Assembly: GCA_040768745.1 (NCBI GenBank)
Contig: JAXGMI010000001.1
Coordinates: 1,824,001-1,888,000, forward strand
Reading direction: 5' to 3'
Source of the DNA: Desulfomicrobium sp.
GTDB taxonomy: Bacteria > Desulfobacterota > Desulfovibrionia > Desulfovibrionales > Desulfomicrobiaceae
DNA length: 64,000 nucleotides
Positions 9,021 through 17,945 of this stretch are shown piece by piece. Position 1 is the stretch's first letter, and every line of letters begins with the position of its first letter. The notes below the pieces were generated by a model that did no database searches, was not told where the DNA came from, and was given only the letters and a program-made list of their open reading frames with translations. The translations under genes and the position numbers were made by a program.

Positions 9021-9061
9021 CCGGAAAGCCCCCGTCATGAAACGGGGGCTTTCCGGTTTTT
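9021..9061 (+). terminator. Rho-independent terminator
   Basis: CCGGAAAGCCCCCGT-catgaa-ACGGGGGCTTTCCGG followed by TTTTT (perfect 15-bp stem). Confidence 0.85.
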
Positions 9062-9292
9062 GGAGTCATGGGAAACGTCAGAAAATTAGACCTGTCGCTC
9101 CCTGTGCAGCCACAGGCCTTTCGATTTCAGCAATCGCCACAGCCGGAAGCAAGCCCTGCCGGTCGTACTGTTTGGCGTAGGCGGCGTCGTTGTAGAGGCC
9201 TTCCCCGTATTTGTCTGCCGTATTCGGCTATGATGGTCTGGCCCTTGCCGGAGGCGACGAAGGCGATGAACTTTGCGGCCATGTCCGTGCCG

Positions 9293-11168
9293 CCCAAGTT
9301 TGACAGCAATATCGAGCTTATTTGTTTAAAATTAGGATATTATCGCTTCGGCGCTAGTTGGAGTTTACACTACATTTCCTTTTTCTCCACGGGTCGGGAT
9401 CGGCGGGACTCCCAGAGCACGCAGGATCTTTTTCTGCGCGTCCGTGGGGCGACTAGGAGTCATCAGCGTCTCCTCTCCGACCATGATCTCCCCCATCTTG
9501 ATCTGACGCAGAAGGCGGATGGCTGTCGGCACAGACACTGCCATTCCTTTGAGCTTGTTGCGCATCCAGCGCTCTAACTGCAATGCGATCACGCAGACAA
9601 ACACATGTGCCCTGATTCGCTCCTCAGTCCAGTGATACACAGGGCGTAGTTCCAAGGTGCTTTTGAGCGCTCTCCATCCCCGTTCAATTTCAGCAAGCTC
9701 TTTGTAATGTTTGATAATGTCTGCGCATGGTGCATCCATGTCGGTTGTTTCGAGAAGCAAGACGCCATCGATCTTTTCCTCCCAAGCCCTGCGTTTCCTG
9801 TGGGCCTTGACGATGACCTGATCCTGAGTGAGCGCAACTTGGAACAATGAGAGCAAGCCCTTGTCACGCAGGTAATCCCTGATGCGGTCGTATTGACCCT
9901 GTGGGCTTGGTTTGCGTCCCTTGCCTGACCTTGGGGCGAGTATTTCCCGGATCTTGGCATCGGCCTTGGCAAGGCGCTCCTGGCGGTTCGCCTTGGTTTC
10001 GGCTGCGATCTTCGGAGAATAGGCCATAACGAACCGGACCCCGCTGCGAACTTCCTCGACAATCTCCTCGTCCTGCCCATTAAACGAGATCTTAAGACGC
10101 AACGCCTCGATCACGCTCCGCGCCTCCTCTCCACGACGCAATGGATGCGCCACGATGAAGCCGAATTCCTCGGCCAGCAACGTCTCGAGATTTTGGTCCG
10201 AGAGCATTCCCCTGTCCCCGACAAACACCACGCTGCGTAGCTTGAAGCGAGTCTTCAGATCCTTCACCACCTCAACCACAGTGGTCTTATCCACGGTGTT
10301 CCCCGGAAAGACATGGTGGCAAAGCGGTATGCCGTCCTTGCCCATGACCACGCCGATGGTGATTTGGCGCCGATCAAACCGGCCATCGCGACTGTATCCG
10401 AAGCGCCGAATGTCATCCTCCACCAACGATCGATCCCCGTCGAACCATGTGGAAGTGATGTCATAGAAGAGCAGGTCGCCTTCCCAATGCGCCTTGGGCA
10501 TGAAGCGCTTGGCTATCAAGGGCTCCAAAGCTTCCTTCGCATCCAGCAATCTATCCATGGCGCGCAGGAGATGGTGATAGGCCGGGCGGTGTTGCTCAAA
10601 TCCAGAAAGCCAGACGCCATCGAGCCAATCCAGTAGCGCCAGTTTGGAGCACGGATCGCAGAGTCGATTGACGATCAGCAACTTGATCAGTTCAGCATAA
10701 TCCATCCCGGCCCCGGTCTTTACTCCTGCACGGGCCAGGGCTTTGGAGAGTCCCAGGATTTCCCAGAGATGTTTGACCGCGTGAACATGTCCGAAATCAC
10801 GTGCAAACGTGAGGAGCGGCGGTCCAGTCTGAACCGGGTCTCGACCGAGAGCTTTCTGGAAGCCAGCGATGAGTCTCTCGACCTGGTCTTCGCCCAAACT
10901 CTCGATAGTGCCGAGATGAGCCAGGATGCGTGTGCGCGGAGATCCGCCTTTCTCGGGATCACGGAAAGATTCCGCGATCTGAAGATGGCGGTAGACTTTG
11001 TCGCCTCGTTTCTGCTTGGCTATTCGTACAAACATAAACTACGAGTAGCATTATTATTCATGAATAGCAATGTTTATGTCTATTTTGTACGTACTACAAA
11101 TTGGGCATTAAAAAACAATATAAGTCATAACTTCGAGGTGTTAGCCTCAGGCCGCTGTCAAACTTGGG
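9293..11168 (-). mobile_element. IS1634-family insertion sequence, 1876 bp
   Basis: 15-bp perfect terminal IRs CCCAAGTTTGACAGC (9293-9307) and GCTGTCAAACTTGGG (11154-11168); 6-bp target duplication GTGCCG (9287-9292, 11169-11174). Confidence 0.93.
9365..11035 (-). CDS. IS1634-family DDE transposase
   Basis: FYDITSTWF, GYSRDGR, VGDRGM, IERGWRALKS, LRPVYHW..RIRAHVFVC motifs. Confidence 0.92.
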   Translation of the reverse strand: MFVRIAKQKRGDKVYRHLQIAESFRDPEKGGSPRTRILAHLGTIESLGEDQVERLIAGFQKALGRDPVQTGPPLLTFARDFGHVHAVKHLWEILGLSKALARAGVKTGAGMDYAELIKLLIVNRLCDPCSKLALLDWLDGVWLSGFEQHRPAYHHLLRAMDRLLDAKEALEPLIAKRFMPKAHWEGDLLFYDITSTWFDGDRSLVEDDIRRFGYSRDGRFDRRQITIGVVMGKDGIPLCHHVFPGNTVDKTTVVEVVKDLKTRFKLRSVVFVGDRGMLSDQNLETLLAEEFGFIVAHPLRRGEEARSVIEALRLKISFNGQDEEIVEEVRSGVRFVMAYSPKIAAETKANRQERLAKADAKIREILAPRSGKGRKPSPQGQYDRIRDYLRDKGLLSLFQVALTQDQVIVKAHRKRRAWEEKIDGVLLLETTDMDAPCADIIKHYKELAEIERGWRALKSTLELRPVYHWTEERIRAHVFVCVIALQLERWMRNKLKGMAVSVPTAIRLLRQIKMGEIMVGEETLMTPSRPTDAQKKILRALGVPPIPTRGEKGNVV

Positions 11169-11534
11169 GTGCCGGCGGTGCCGTCCGCAGGTCGGGTCAA
11201 GGCATTGTAGGTGTTCACGAGAAACCTGTCGCCCATGAACAGAATCTGCAGGTTGCCCAAATCCTTCCTGGCCGCCGCCCAGGTGCTCGAATCGATCATG
11301 AAGTAGCCGCGTTTCCTGTCGGCGCGCTTGAGTGTGGCCATCATGAAGTCCATGGACACGACCAGGAATCCAGCCTTGGGATTTCCGGCTTGACAAGTTG
11401 TTTATGCCAAAAAGGACATAGATGCTGCCGACATGGCGGGATAGGTTCCTGGCGCGGGGTCTGCTCAGCATCCCCCCTGCTGCGCTGGGTGGTCCCGGCA
11501 GTGTGAGCATACCCAAAGTGTCCTGAGGGTTGGA

Positions 11535-13016
11535 TCAGCCGGCAGTTGCCGATGAGGGAGCGTTGAATATGTCCAGTATGGCCTTGTCCAGGTATTTCTC
11601 CTCCCGGTAGGTGAGGAATGCGGAGTTGAAGGCCCTGGTCACGTCGCTGACCTTCCGGCAGGCCCTGCCGATGTCCCGCGAGTAGGATCTCACGACATCG
11701 CGTCCGTCAGCCCAGGCCGCGTCCTTGTCTTCCGCCGTGGCGGCCTTCAAGAGTTCTTCATCGATTTCATCGAGTTCCTCTTCCATGCCTGCCTGCGCGT
11801 TCATGATCTGCATGAGGTGGGTGTTGAGATAGTGGCACATCCCTCCGGCGGCATTGCGGAGCACCCTGTTCCGCTGATCCTCCATGGCCTGCGTTATGTT
11901 GGTGGCGATGCCCTCGTAATAGAGCAGGTACCCTGCATCATCTGTTTTCGCCCTGGCTGTGACGTCCAGTTCCAGGGATGCGCCGGAAATCGCCCGCAGA
12001 CGGACGTGCTTGTTGGCGACAAAGCCCTGTTCGTTCAGCTCGGCCAGAATTTCCGCTCTCGTTGAATCCAGCTCGAAGAACCGATTGACCTCGCTGCGCA
12101 GGGCCTCCTCCTTGCCGGAGAAACCCAGCAGCTCAATCCCTGCGTCGTTGATATCCAGAAAAATTCCGTCCGGGGTGAGGCAAAAGGCCATGTCCTTGGT
12201 GCCGTGAAAGAAGTCCCTGTATTTCTGCTCGCTGCGATGCAGGGCTTCCACCGCCTTCTTCTCCTCCGTGATGTCGCGGATGACGTGGTCCATGCGCTGC
12301 ACATCGCGTTTCCGGCAGTAGACAATGTATCCTTCGTCGCGCACCCATCTGACCTTTCTGTTTGCCCTGACAATCCGGTACTCCAACTCCCCGTACTCTT
12401 CGCTGGAGAGGTCCCGGTAGAAGGCCTGCACCACCTCGCGATCGTCCGGATGAACGAAGCCGAGCAGGTCGTCCTCTCGGGCCTTGGCCAGGGTCCTGAG
12501 CGGGATGCCGAAGAGTTGTTCGGCAGCAGGATTGATGGCCAGGATCCTCCTGTCGGCGGCGGAAAAGGAAACGACCACATCGTGCATGGAGTGCAGGATG
12601 CTTTCCAGCCGATCGTTCAGCCGCGTGACTTCATGTAAGGCCTCACGCTTGGCCGTGGTGTCGAGCAGGGAAACGAGCACCAGGGGAACCGGGACAGACT
12701 CCAGCAGGGACATGTCCATTTCCACCCAGGTCGGGTCAGCAGGTCCTGGCAATTGCATCTCCCAGGGTTCAGCAGGCGTTTTTCCCGCACAGATGTCGAG
12801 ATACCCGGATTCCGCTTTGCTCTGGTCCTGCGCATCCACCAAGCTGAAAAACCGCTGGCCCAGGAGGGCATGGTGTTCGCGTCCGGCCATGGCGCAAAAG
12901 GCATCGTTGGCGTACGCGATCTGGCCGCCCTTCAGAACGGCGATGCCTTCTCTGCAGCGCCCAACGATCCTGGCGTAATCGACCGTACTCTCGGGGAAGT
13001 TATGTTTGGTGTGCAT
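11535..13016 (-). CDS. Multi-PAS sensor protein with HisKA-like C-terminus
   Basis: Three PAS-like segments (YANDAFC; INPAAEQLFG..VHPDDRE; INDAGIELLG); H-box-like AAGGMCHYLN. Confidence 0.85.
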   Translation of the reverse strand: MHTKHNFPESTVDYARIVGRCREGIAVLKGGQIAYANDAFCAMAGREHHALLGQRFFSLVDAQDQSKAESGYLDICAGKTPAEPWEMQLPGPADPTWVEMDMSLLESVPVPLVLVSLLDTTAKREALHEVTRLNDRLESILHSMHDVVVSFSAADRRILAINPAAEQLFGIPLRTLAKAREDDLLGFVHPDDREVVQAFYRDLSSEEYGELEYRIVRANRKVRWVRDEGYIVYCRKRDVQRMDHVIRDITEEKKAVEALHRSEQKYRDFFHGTKDMAFCLTPDGIFLDINDAGIELLGFSGKEEALRSEVNRFFELDSTRAEILAELNEQGFVANKHVRLRAISGASLELDVTARAKTDDAGYLLYYEGIATNITQAMEDQRNRVLRNAAGGMCHYLNTHLMQIMNAQAGMEEELDEIDEELLKAATAEDKDAAWADGRDVVRSYSRDIGRACRKVSDVTRAFNSAFLTYREEKYLDKAILDIFNAPSSATAG

Positions 13017-13064
13017 ATCGTTCCATCGCTGTCTCGATTTAACAGGTTGGGGGTGCCCCGGACT

Positions 13065-14132
13065 TTACTCAGCCCTGCGCCGGTCCAGGCTCTCGGCATT
13101 GCAAAAGTCCTGGTAGGCGTCGTGGTCCAGGGGGTAGTCCCAGGAACCGTTGCGCAGTTCGATCCTTCCGCCGAATCCGGTCTTGAAACGGTAGAGCCCG
13201 TAAAAAGGATGGGCCGGATCCAGACCGGGAGAGACTGCGCCCATCTCGTAGGTAGCGCATCCGCGCGCACGGGCCATCAGCATGGCGTCCCAGTGCAACG
13301 CATACGGCCCCATGAAGTTCCTCTTGATGTTCGCGGACGCGCCATACAGGAAGTTCGCGGCCTTGCCGGTGATGGCCACGATGGCCCCGGCCAGGATGTC
13401 GCGGCCGTGCTGTGCGAGCAGAAACAGGATCTCAGCGTCTTTCCGTCTGCGGATCTGCGCGCTGAAAAGGGCCACGAAATGCCTGTAGCTGCAGGAGCTG
13501 AACCCGTTCCGCGACGCGGTCTGGCAATAGAGGGAATGGAATTCACGCAGCTTGTCCACGGACACGGCCCGTATCGTCACGCCTTTGCGGTGGGCGAGTC
13601 CGATATTGTAGCGTGTTTTCGGCTTCATGCGGCCCAGAATGTGCTCCTCCTGCCCGACAATGTCGACGACCAGCGAGCTGGCCACGGTCATATCCCGGAA
13701 CGATTTTCTGATGTTCCAGAATCGCGTGCCCATATTCATGCGCAGTTCGCGGATCCGCGGCTCCGGAAACGAATTCCATTTCTGCGCTTGCATCTCGTCG
13801 GCATATTGCGACTTCCACGGCAGGTCGTAGCGGATGAAGGCCACCTTCGGGCCCAGGTGCCGGGACAGTTTGACGGAAACGTGCTCCAAAAAAGGGCCGT
13901 AATCCTCCTCGGCCGGCGCAAATTCCGGGCCTTGGGGCACGTATGCGACCGCCTTTCCGCGGCCGAAGGGCTGGAGCAAAACCAGGACGTCCCCGCACTG
14001 CCGGGAAGAGAGCAGGTCGAAGGCCATGGGCGTGTAGCCCAGGCGGGACTTCACCTGCGCCCAGTACCGGGTTTGAAACAGAATGTCCGTGGGCAGCAGC
14101 GCTGACGTTGTTTTCGACGAAAGGTCCAACAT
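13065..14132 (-). CDS. FemAB/FemX-family (lipid II:glycine glycyltransferase-like) protein
   Basis: LFQTRYWAQVK..G, YVPQGP, MKPKTRYNIGLA.RKGV, YGAS, GLYRFKTGFGG. Confidence 0.85.
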   Translation of the reverse strand: MLDLSSKTTSALLPTDILFQTRYWAQVKSRLGYTPMAFDLLSSRQCGDVLVLLQPFGRGKAVAYVPQGPEFAPAEEDYGPFLEHVSVKLSRHLGPKVAFIRYDLPWKSQYADEMQAQKWNSFPEPRIRELRMNMGTRFWNIRKSFRDMTVASSLVVDIVGQEEHILGRMKPKTRYNIGLAHRKGVTIRAVSVDKLREFHSLYCQTASRNGFSSCSYRHFVALFSAQIRRRKDAEILFLLAQHGRDILAGAIVAITGKAANFLYGASANIKRNFMGPYALHWDAMLMARARGCATYEMGAVSPGLDPAHPFYGLYRFKTGFGGRIELRNGSWDYPLDHDAYQDFCNAESLDRRRAE

Positions 14133-14246
14133 ATCCGGCTCCTTGAACGAACGTTTTCGGGTTTCTGAAACAGCGTTGGGGATGCCTGCCCTGAATCAGG
14201 GAGTGATTCTTCAGCATGTCTCCAGGGGTCCCTGGGCCCGCATCCC

Positions 14247-14660
14247 TCAGCTATCGTAGTTTCCGGACCGCTCCGGCTGGTCGATGACTTCCTTGATGGC
14301 CAGACGCAACATGCCTCCACCGGGTCTCGGCCACTCGATTTCGTCGCCTTCGGACAGGCCCAGCAGTGCGCTGCCAACCGGGGCGAAGATGGAAATGGTT
14401 CCGCCGTTGATGTCCGTTTCCCCGGGATAGACGAGTTTGAGACAGTACTCCTCGTTGGAGTTCAGAAGCTGGAATTTGACCGTGGAGTTCATGGTCACCA
14501 CCGATGGCGGGACCTTCCTGGGATCCACTCTGATGGCGCGTTCCAGCTCCCCCTCCAGTTCGCTCTTGCCGGGGAATGCGGTGTTGGGCATCGAGTCCAG
14601 GAGTATTTCAAGCCGCTCGGCATCCTGGGCCGTGATGATGATGTCTGGTTTTCTGTTCAT
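14247..14660 (-). CDS. rnk: Regulator of nucleoside diphosphate kinase (GreA/GreB family)
   Basis: IITAQDAERL, VVTMNSTV, LVYP, ISIFAPVGSALLGL..GDEIEWPRPGG; RBS CAGGAG. Confidence 0.9.
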   Translation of the reverse strand: MNRKPDIIITAQDAERLEILLDSMPNTAFPGKSELEGELERAIRVDPRKVPPSVVTMNSTVKFQLLNSNEEYCLKLVYPGETDINGGTISIFAPVGSALLGLSEGDEIEWPRPGGGMLRLAIKEVIDQPERSGNYDS

Positions 14661-14771
14661 GTTTTTCTCCTGTGCGGGCATGTCGATACCTGGCCCGGCC
14701 CGGTGGGCCGGTTGCGGGATTTCAGCCCCTGCGTGTGGGCTGTCTTGTCCAGGTTGTGTTTTGGGCAAACG

Positions 14772-14804
14772 AAAAGGGGGCGTGCGACAAACACGCCCCC
14801 TTTT
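14772..14804. terminator. Intrinsic terminator hairpin upstream of rnk (bidirectional form)
   Basis: AAAAGGGGGCGTG-cgacaaa-CACGCCCCCTTTT. Confidence 0.8.
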
Positions 14805-15225
14805 GTGTGATACACAATGTTCAGGGCGTGATCAGGTGTCCACGCGGCGGCGAAGCTCTGCTGCTTCGGATATACGGCTTTGCTGGTTGCGTTGGGTCAT
14901 TGTCGTCGTCTGTTGGGACTGGGGAGTCCCGCTGTTGTCCCTGGTGCAAGAAAAAGGGGAAGCATCCAGTTGAGCCGGGACTCTTCCCTGAAAATACAAA
15001 AACAAAAACAAGCCATTCGTAACAGCTTGTTCCAGTTCATGCAAGTGGCCACATCTGCCAGGTGTTTTTGTCCCTCCCGCCCCGGACCAGGCGGTGCGGG
15101 ATGTGCCCATGGGCGCAGATCCAACCCGCCGGATACATCCAGGAAAAGACAGGTCCAGTCTGCACGGGAAACAGCGCTGCGGTTCTCCGCATGCAACCGG
15201 AACAGCATGGCCCGGCCATGCTGTT

Positions 15226-15417
15226 TCAATCGGCATTGTCAAGAATCTCCGCAAATTTTCTTTTCAGGTCGTCAAGCTCTGTCAGGATGGCAATGAGCAC
15301 TGCCCGCTGTCCGTCATCGGCAGGCAGATCTGAGAGCTGGTCCTGGAGTCGCAGAATCCTGGCCCCGAGAATGTCATAAACTCGGGAAATCTGGCGTTGT
15401 GTGGTTGTGTTTCTCAT
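15226..15417 (-). CDS. Small hypothetical coiled-coil protein (63 aa)
   Basis: MRNTTTQRQISRVYDILGARILRLQDQL...; perfect 12-bp inverted repeat (15201-15225) directly after the stop. Confidence 0.5.
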   Translation of the reverse strand: MRNTTTQRQISRVYDILGARILRLQDQLSDLPADDGQRAVLIAILTELDDLKRKFAEILDNAD

Positions 15418-15914
15418 GCAGGATGTTCTCGGCCTGGTTGCATCCAGGTGAAGTTGGATTCCTGACAGCCGAAAATGGTACAAATGTCAATCTGCGGGTT
15501 GTGTTGCACCCATTTGTCGACCTGCCTGGGGACGGGATTTTCTCGGACACAGGATCGGAAGCGCCAGGATCTGCCCATGACTCAGGTCCAGACGATCGGT
15601 TTGCGCGGCAACGTTTCCCCGCTTTCGGCCCTAGCGTCTCCAGGGTCCCATGATCGAGACTGTTGCATGCGGCCGCATGTTCGCCAAGCTTCTTGATTTT
15701 GACCCGGGCAGAACATACCGTGTCCAAAATCGCCGCCGCTCAGGAAGGGGCTTGGGTGCGCCTTTTCATTTTCCATGACGCGGGAATCCACCCGGGAAGG
15801 CATGAGCAGAGGCACAACCACCAGACGGCCCCGCCCGGTTGGCAGCAGTCGCTGGCTGCAACTGACCGGAAGGCCCCGCAAAGTTAGCCTGGACTCCTGA
15901 AGATGGGACATCCA

Positions 15915-16121
15915 ATGCACGACAATGAACTTCTTCGAATGCTGCCCTGCGCCAAATGCAAGAGCACGGATTTGCGGATAGAGTCCTGCAAGCCCCTGGG
16001 GCATACACGTGAGCTCTGGCGCGTTGTGTGTTCCTGTGGCAATGCGGCGCAGCAATGGTCTGTCTCGCGACCCGCTGCAGTCCGCCAATGGAACAGGTGT
16101 CTGGCGGAGGCGCGCATCTAG
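15915..16121 (+). CDS. Small zinc-ribbon protein, Lar (restriction alleviation)-like pattern
   Basis: LPCAKC...VVCSCG...AAVRQWNR. Confidence 0.65.
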   Translation: MHDNELLRMLPCAKCKSTDLRIESCKPLGHTRELWRVVCSCGNAAQQWSVSRPAAVRQWNRCLAEARI

Positions 16122-16154
16122 ACCCGTTCCCGATGTTCAACCTGAGAGGTCACA

Positions 16155-16757
16155 GTGAAACAATTCTTCTTTTTCGGGGACTCCATCACCCTGGGTGTCA
16201 ACGACCCCAAGGGCAACGGATGGGTGGGTCGGTTCATCCACAGGGCCATCGACGAGTACACATTGCCGGTGCCGCCCACCACCTTCTACAATCTGGGAGT
16301 CCGCAGGAATTCGAGCCGGGACATCCTGGGCCGCTGGGCAGCAGAATTCAGCGTCCGCCGGATGCAATCCGCCCGGCATTACCTGATCTTTTGTTTCGGC
16401 ACGGTGGACACGGTCCTTGCCGATGGAAAACCCAATGTTGACGTAGGTGAATCCGAGAACAATGCCCGTCTGATCCTTTCCGGGGCAAAAGAAGCGGGCA
16501 GGGTTCTGCTCATGAGCCCTCCTCCAGTTCGGGACGAAAGTCATTCCGAACGGATTGCGGCCTTGATCCGGGGCTACGCAACGCTCTGCCATGAGGCGGG
16601 GGTTCCGTTCCTGGACATCTTCAGCCCCCTGCGCGGGAAAAGGGACTTTCTGAATTCACTGGGCGATGGGATTCATCCGGACCCGGAGGGAAACACGCAG
16701 ATCGCTGGGCTGATTTCGGGATCGGATGTGGTGCAGTCCTGGGTGCAGGAGGAGTGA
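16155..16757 (+). CDS. GDSL/SGNH hydrolase
   Basis: FFGDSITLG, NLGV and DGIHP blocks. Confidence 0.9.
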   Translation: MKQFFFFGDSITLGVNDPKGNGWVGRFIHRAIDEYTLPVPPTTFYNLGVRRNSSRDILGRWAAEFSVRRMQSARHYLIFCFGTVDTVLADGKPNVDVGESENNARLILSGAKEAGRVLLMSPPPVRDESHSERIAALIRGYATLCHEAGVPFLDIFSPLRGKRDFLNSLGDGIHPDPEGNTQIAGLISGSDVVQSWVQEE

Positions 16758-16824
16758 TCGCGGAGACCCCTGAGAATTGCGGCAGGCCCTGGTCTGTGCC
16801 AGGGGACTCCGGCAGGGAGAAACC

Positions 16825-17541
16825 ATGACCGCGATCCCGTTTCTGCAGGGTCTGGGCACGGGGGCCGGACTGATCATCGCCATCGGCGCCCAGAACGCCT
16901 TTGTGCTGACCCAGGGTTTGGCCCGCAATCACCATCTGACCGTGGTCCTGATCTGCGCCCTCAGCGACGCGCTGCTCATCGCCGCCGGTCTGGCCGGCAT
17001 GGGCGCGGTCCTGCAGGCCGACACGGCACTTCTGTCCTGGGCCACCTGGCTCGGGGCCTTGTTTTTGTTCTGGTATGGACTGCGGTCCTTCCGGTCGGCC
17101 TTGGGGTCAGGCGGACTCGAACCCGGCCAGCGGGCGGGCTTGGGGTTCTGGGCCACCGTGGCCGCCACCCTGGCCGTGACCTATCTGAACCCCCATGTCT
17201 ATCTGGATACTGTCCTGCTTCTGGGTTCCATCGGCGGGCGGTACCCCCTGCCGGAGCGCGTGGCGTTCGGGGCGGGGGCGGCCACGGCGTCCCTGCTCTG
17301 GTTCCTGGCCCTGGGCCTGGGCGCTCCATTGTTCCTGCCCCTGTTTCGCCATCCCCGGTCCTGGGCCGTGCTCGACATCCTGGTGGGTCTGACCATGTGG
17401 GGGGTGGCCGCCTCCCTGGTGGTTCCGGCGCTGTCATCCTCCCCCTTTACCCCTGAACCTCCGCCAGCTATCACCCTCCCATCGGAGGAACCATGGCCAA
17501 GAAATACGACCCCTGCATGCACACGGCGGAACACATCCTGA
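16825..17541 (+). CDS. LysE/ArgO-family amino acid exporter
   Basis: AIGAQNAFVL and LNPHVYLDT motifs. Confidence 0.9.
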   Translation: MTAIPFLQGLGTGAGLIIAIGAQNAFVLTQGLARNHHLTVVLICALSDALLIAAGLAGMGAVLQADTALLSWATWLGALFLFWYGLRSFRSALGSGGLEPGQRAGLGFWATVAATLAVTYLNPHVYLDTVLLLGSIGGRYPLPERVAFGAGAATASLLWFLALGLGAPLFLPLFRHPRSWAVLDILVGLTMWGVAASLVVPALSSSPFTPEPPPAITLPSEEPWPRNTTPACTRRNTS

Positions 17542-17945
17542 ACCAGACCATGGACCGGCTTTTCGCCTGTGGCCGCTGCTTTTCGGCCCACGTCAACCCG
17601 GACAAGGCCAAGTGCGACTACCATTTTGGGCGGGACCTGACCGAGGCCGAGGCGCGGGAGGTGGAGGCGCGGGTTAACGCCGTGATCGCTGCCGACCTGC
17701 CGGTTGCGGCCGAGACCATGGACCGGTTTGAAGCCCAATCCCGCTTCAGCCTGGAACGTCTGCCCGGGGAGGCGGCCGCGGAACTGGCTGCCATTCGGGT
17801 CATACGCATCGGGGACTACGACGCCTGCCCCTGCATCGGCGAGCACGCGACCCGCACCAGAGCCCTGGGCACCTTCCGCCTGACCACCCACTCCCATGCG
17901 GACGGCGTGCTCCGGCTCCGCTTCAAGCTGTCCAAACCCGCATGA
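17493..17945 (+). CDS. Stand-alone AlaX-like tRNA editing domain (tRNA_SAD)
   Basis: MHTAEHIL (HxxxH) and CPCIGEH (CxxxH) Zn ligands. Confidence 0.8.
   Translation: MAKKYDPCMHTAEHILNQTMDRLFACGRCFSAHVNPDKAKCDYHFGRDLTEAEAREVEARVNAVIAADLPVAAETMDRFEAQSRFSLERLPGEAAAELAAIRVIRIGDYDACPCIGEHATRTRALGTFRLTTHSHADGVLRLRFKLSKPA

Larger units (their letters stand above)
9127..11390 (-). pseudogene. 5'-truncated, frameshifted TupA-like (tungstate ABC substrate-binding) relic split by IS1634
   Basis: The IS flanks rejoin in frame: DFMMATLKRAD..YFMIDSSTW..GDRFLVNTYNAL..DGTAGT|DMAAKFIAFVASGKGQTIIAEYG, then a frameshift to DKYGEGLYNDAAYAKQYD. Confidence 0.7.
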
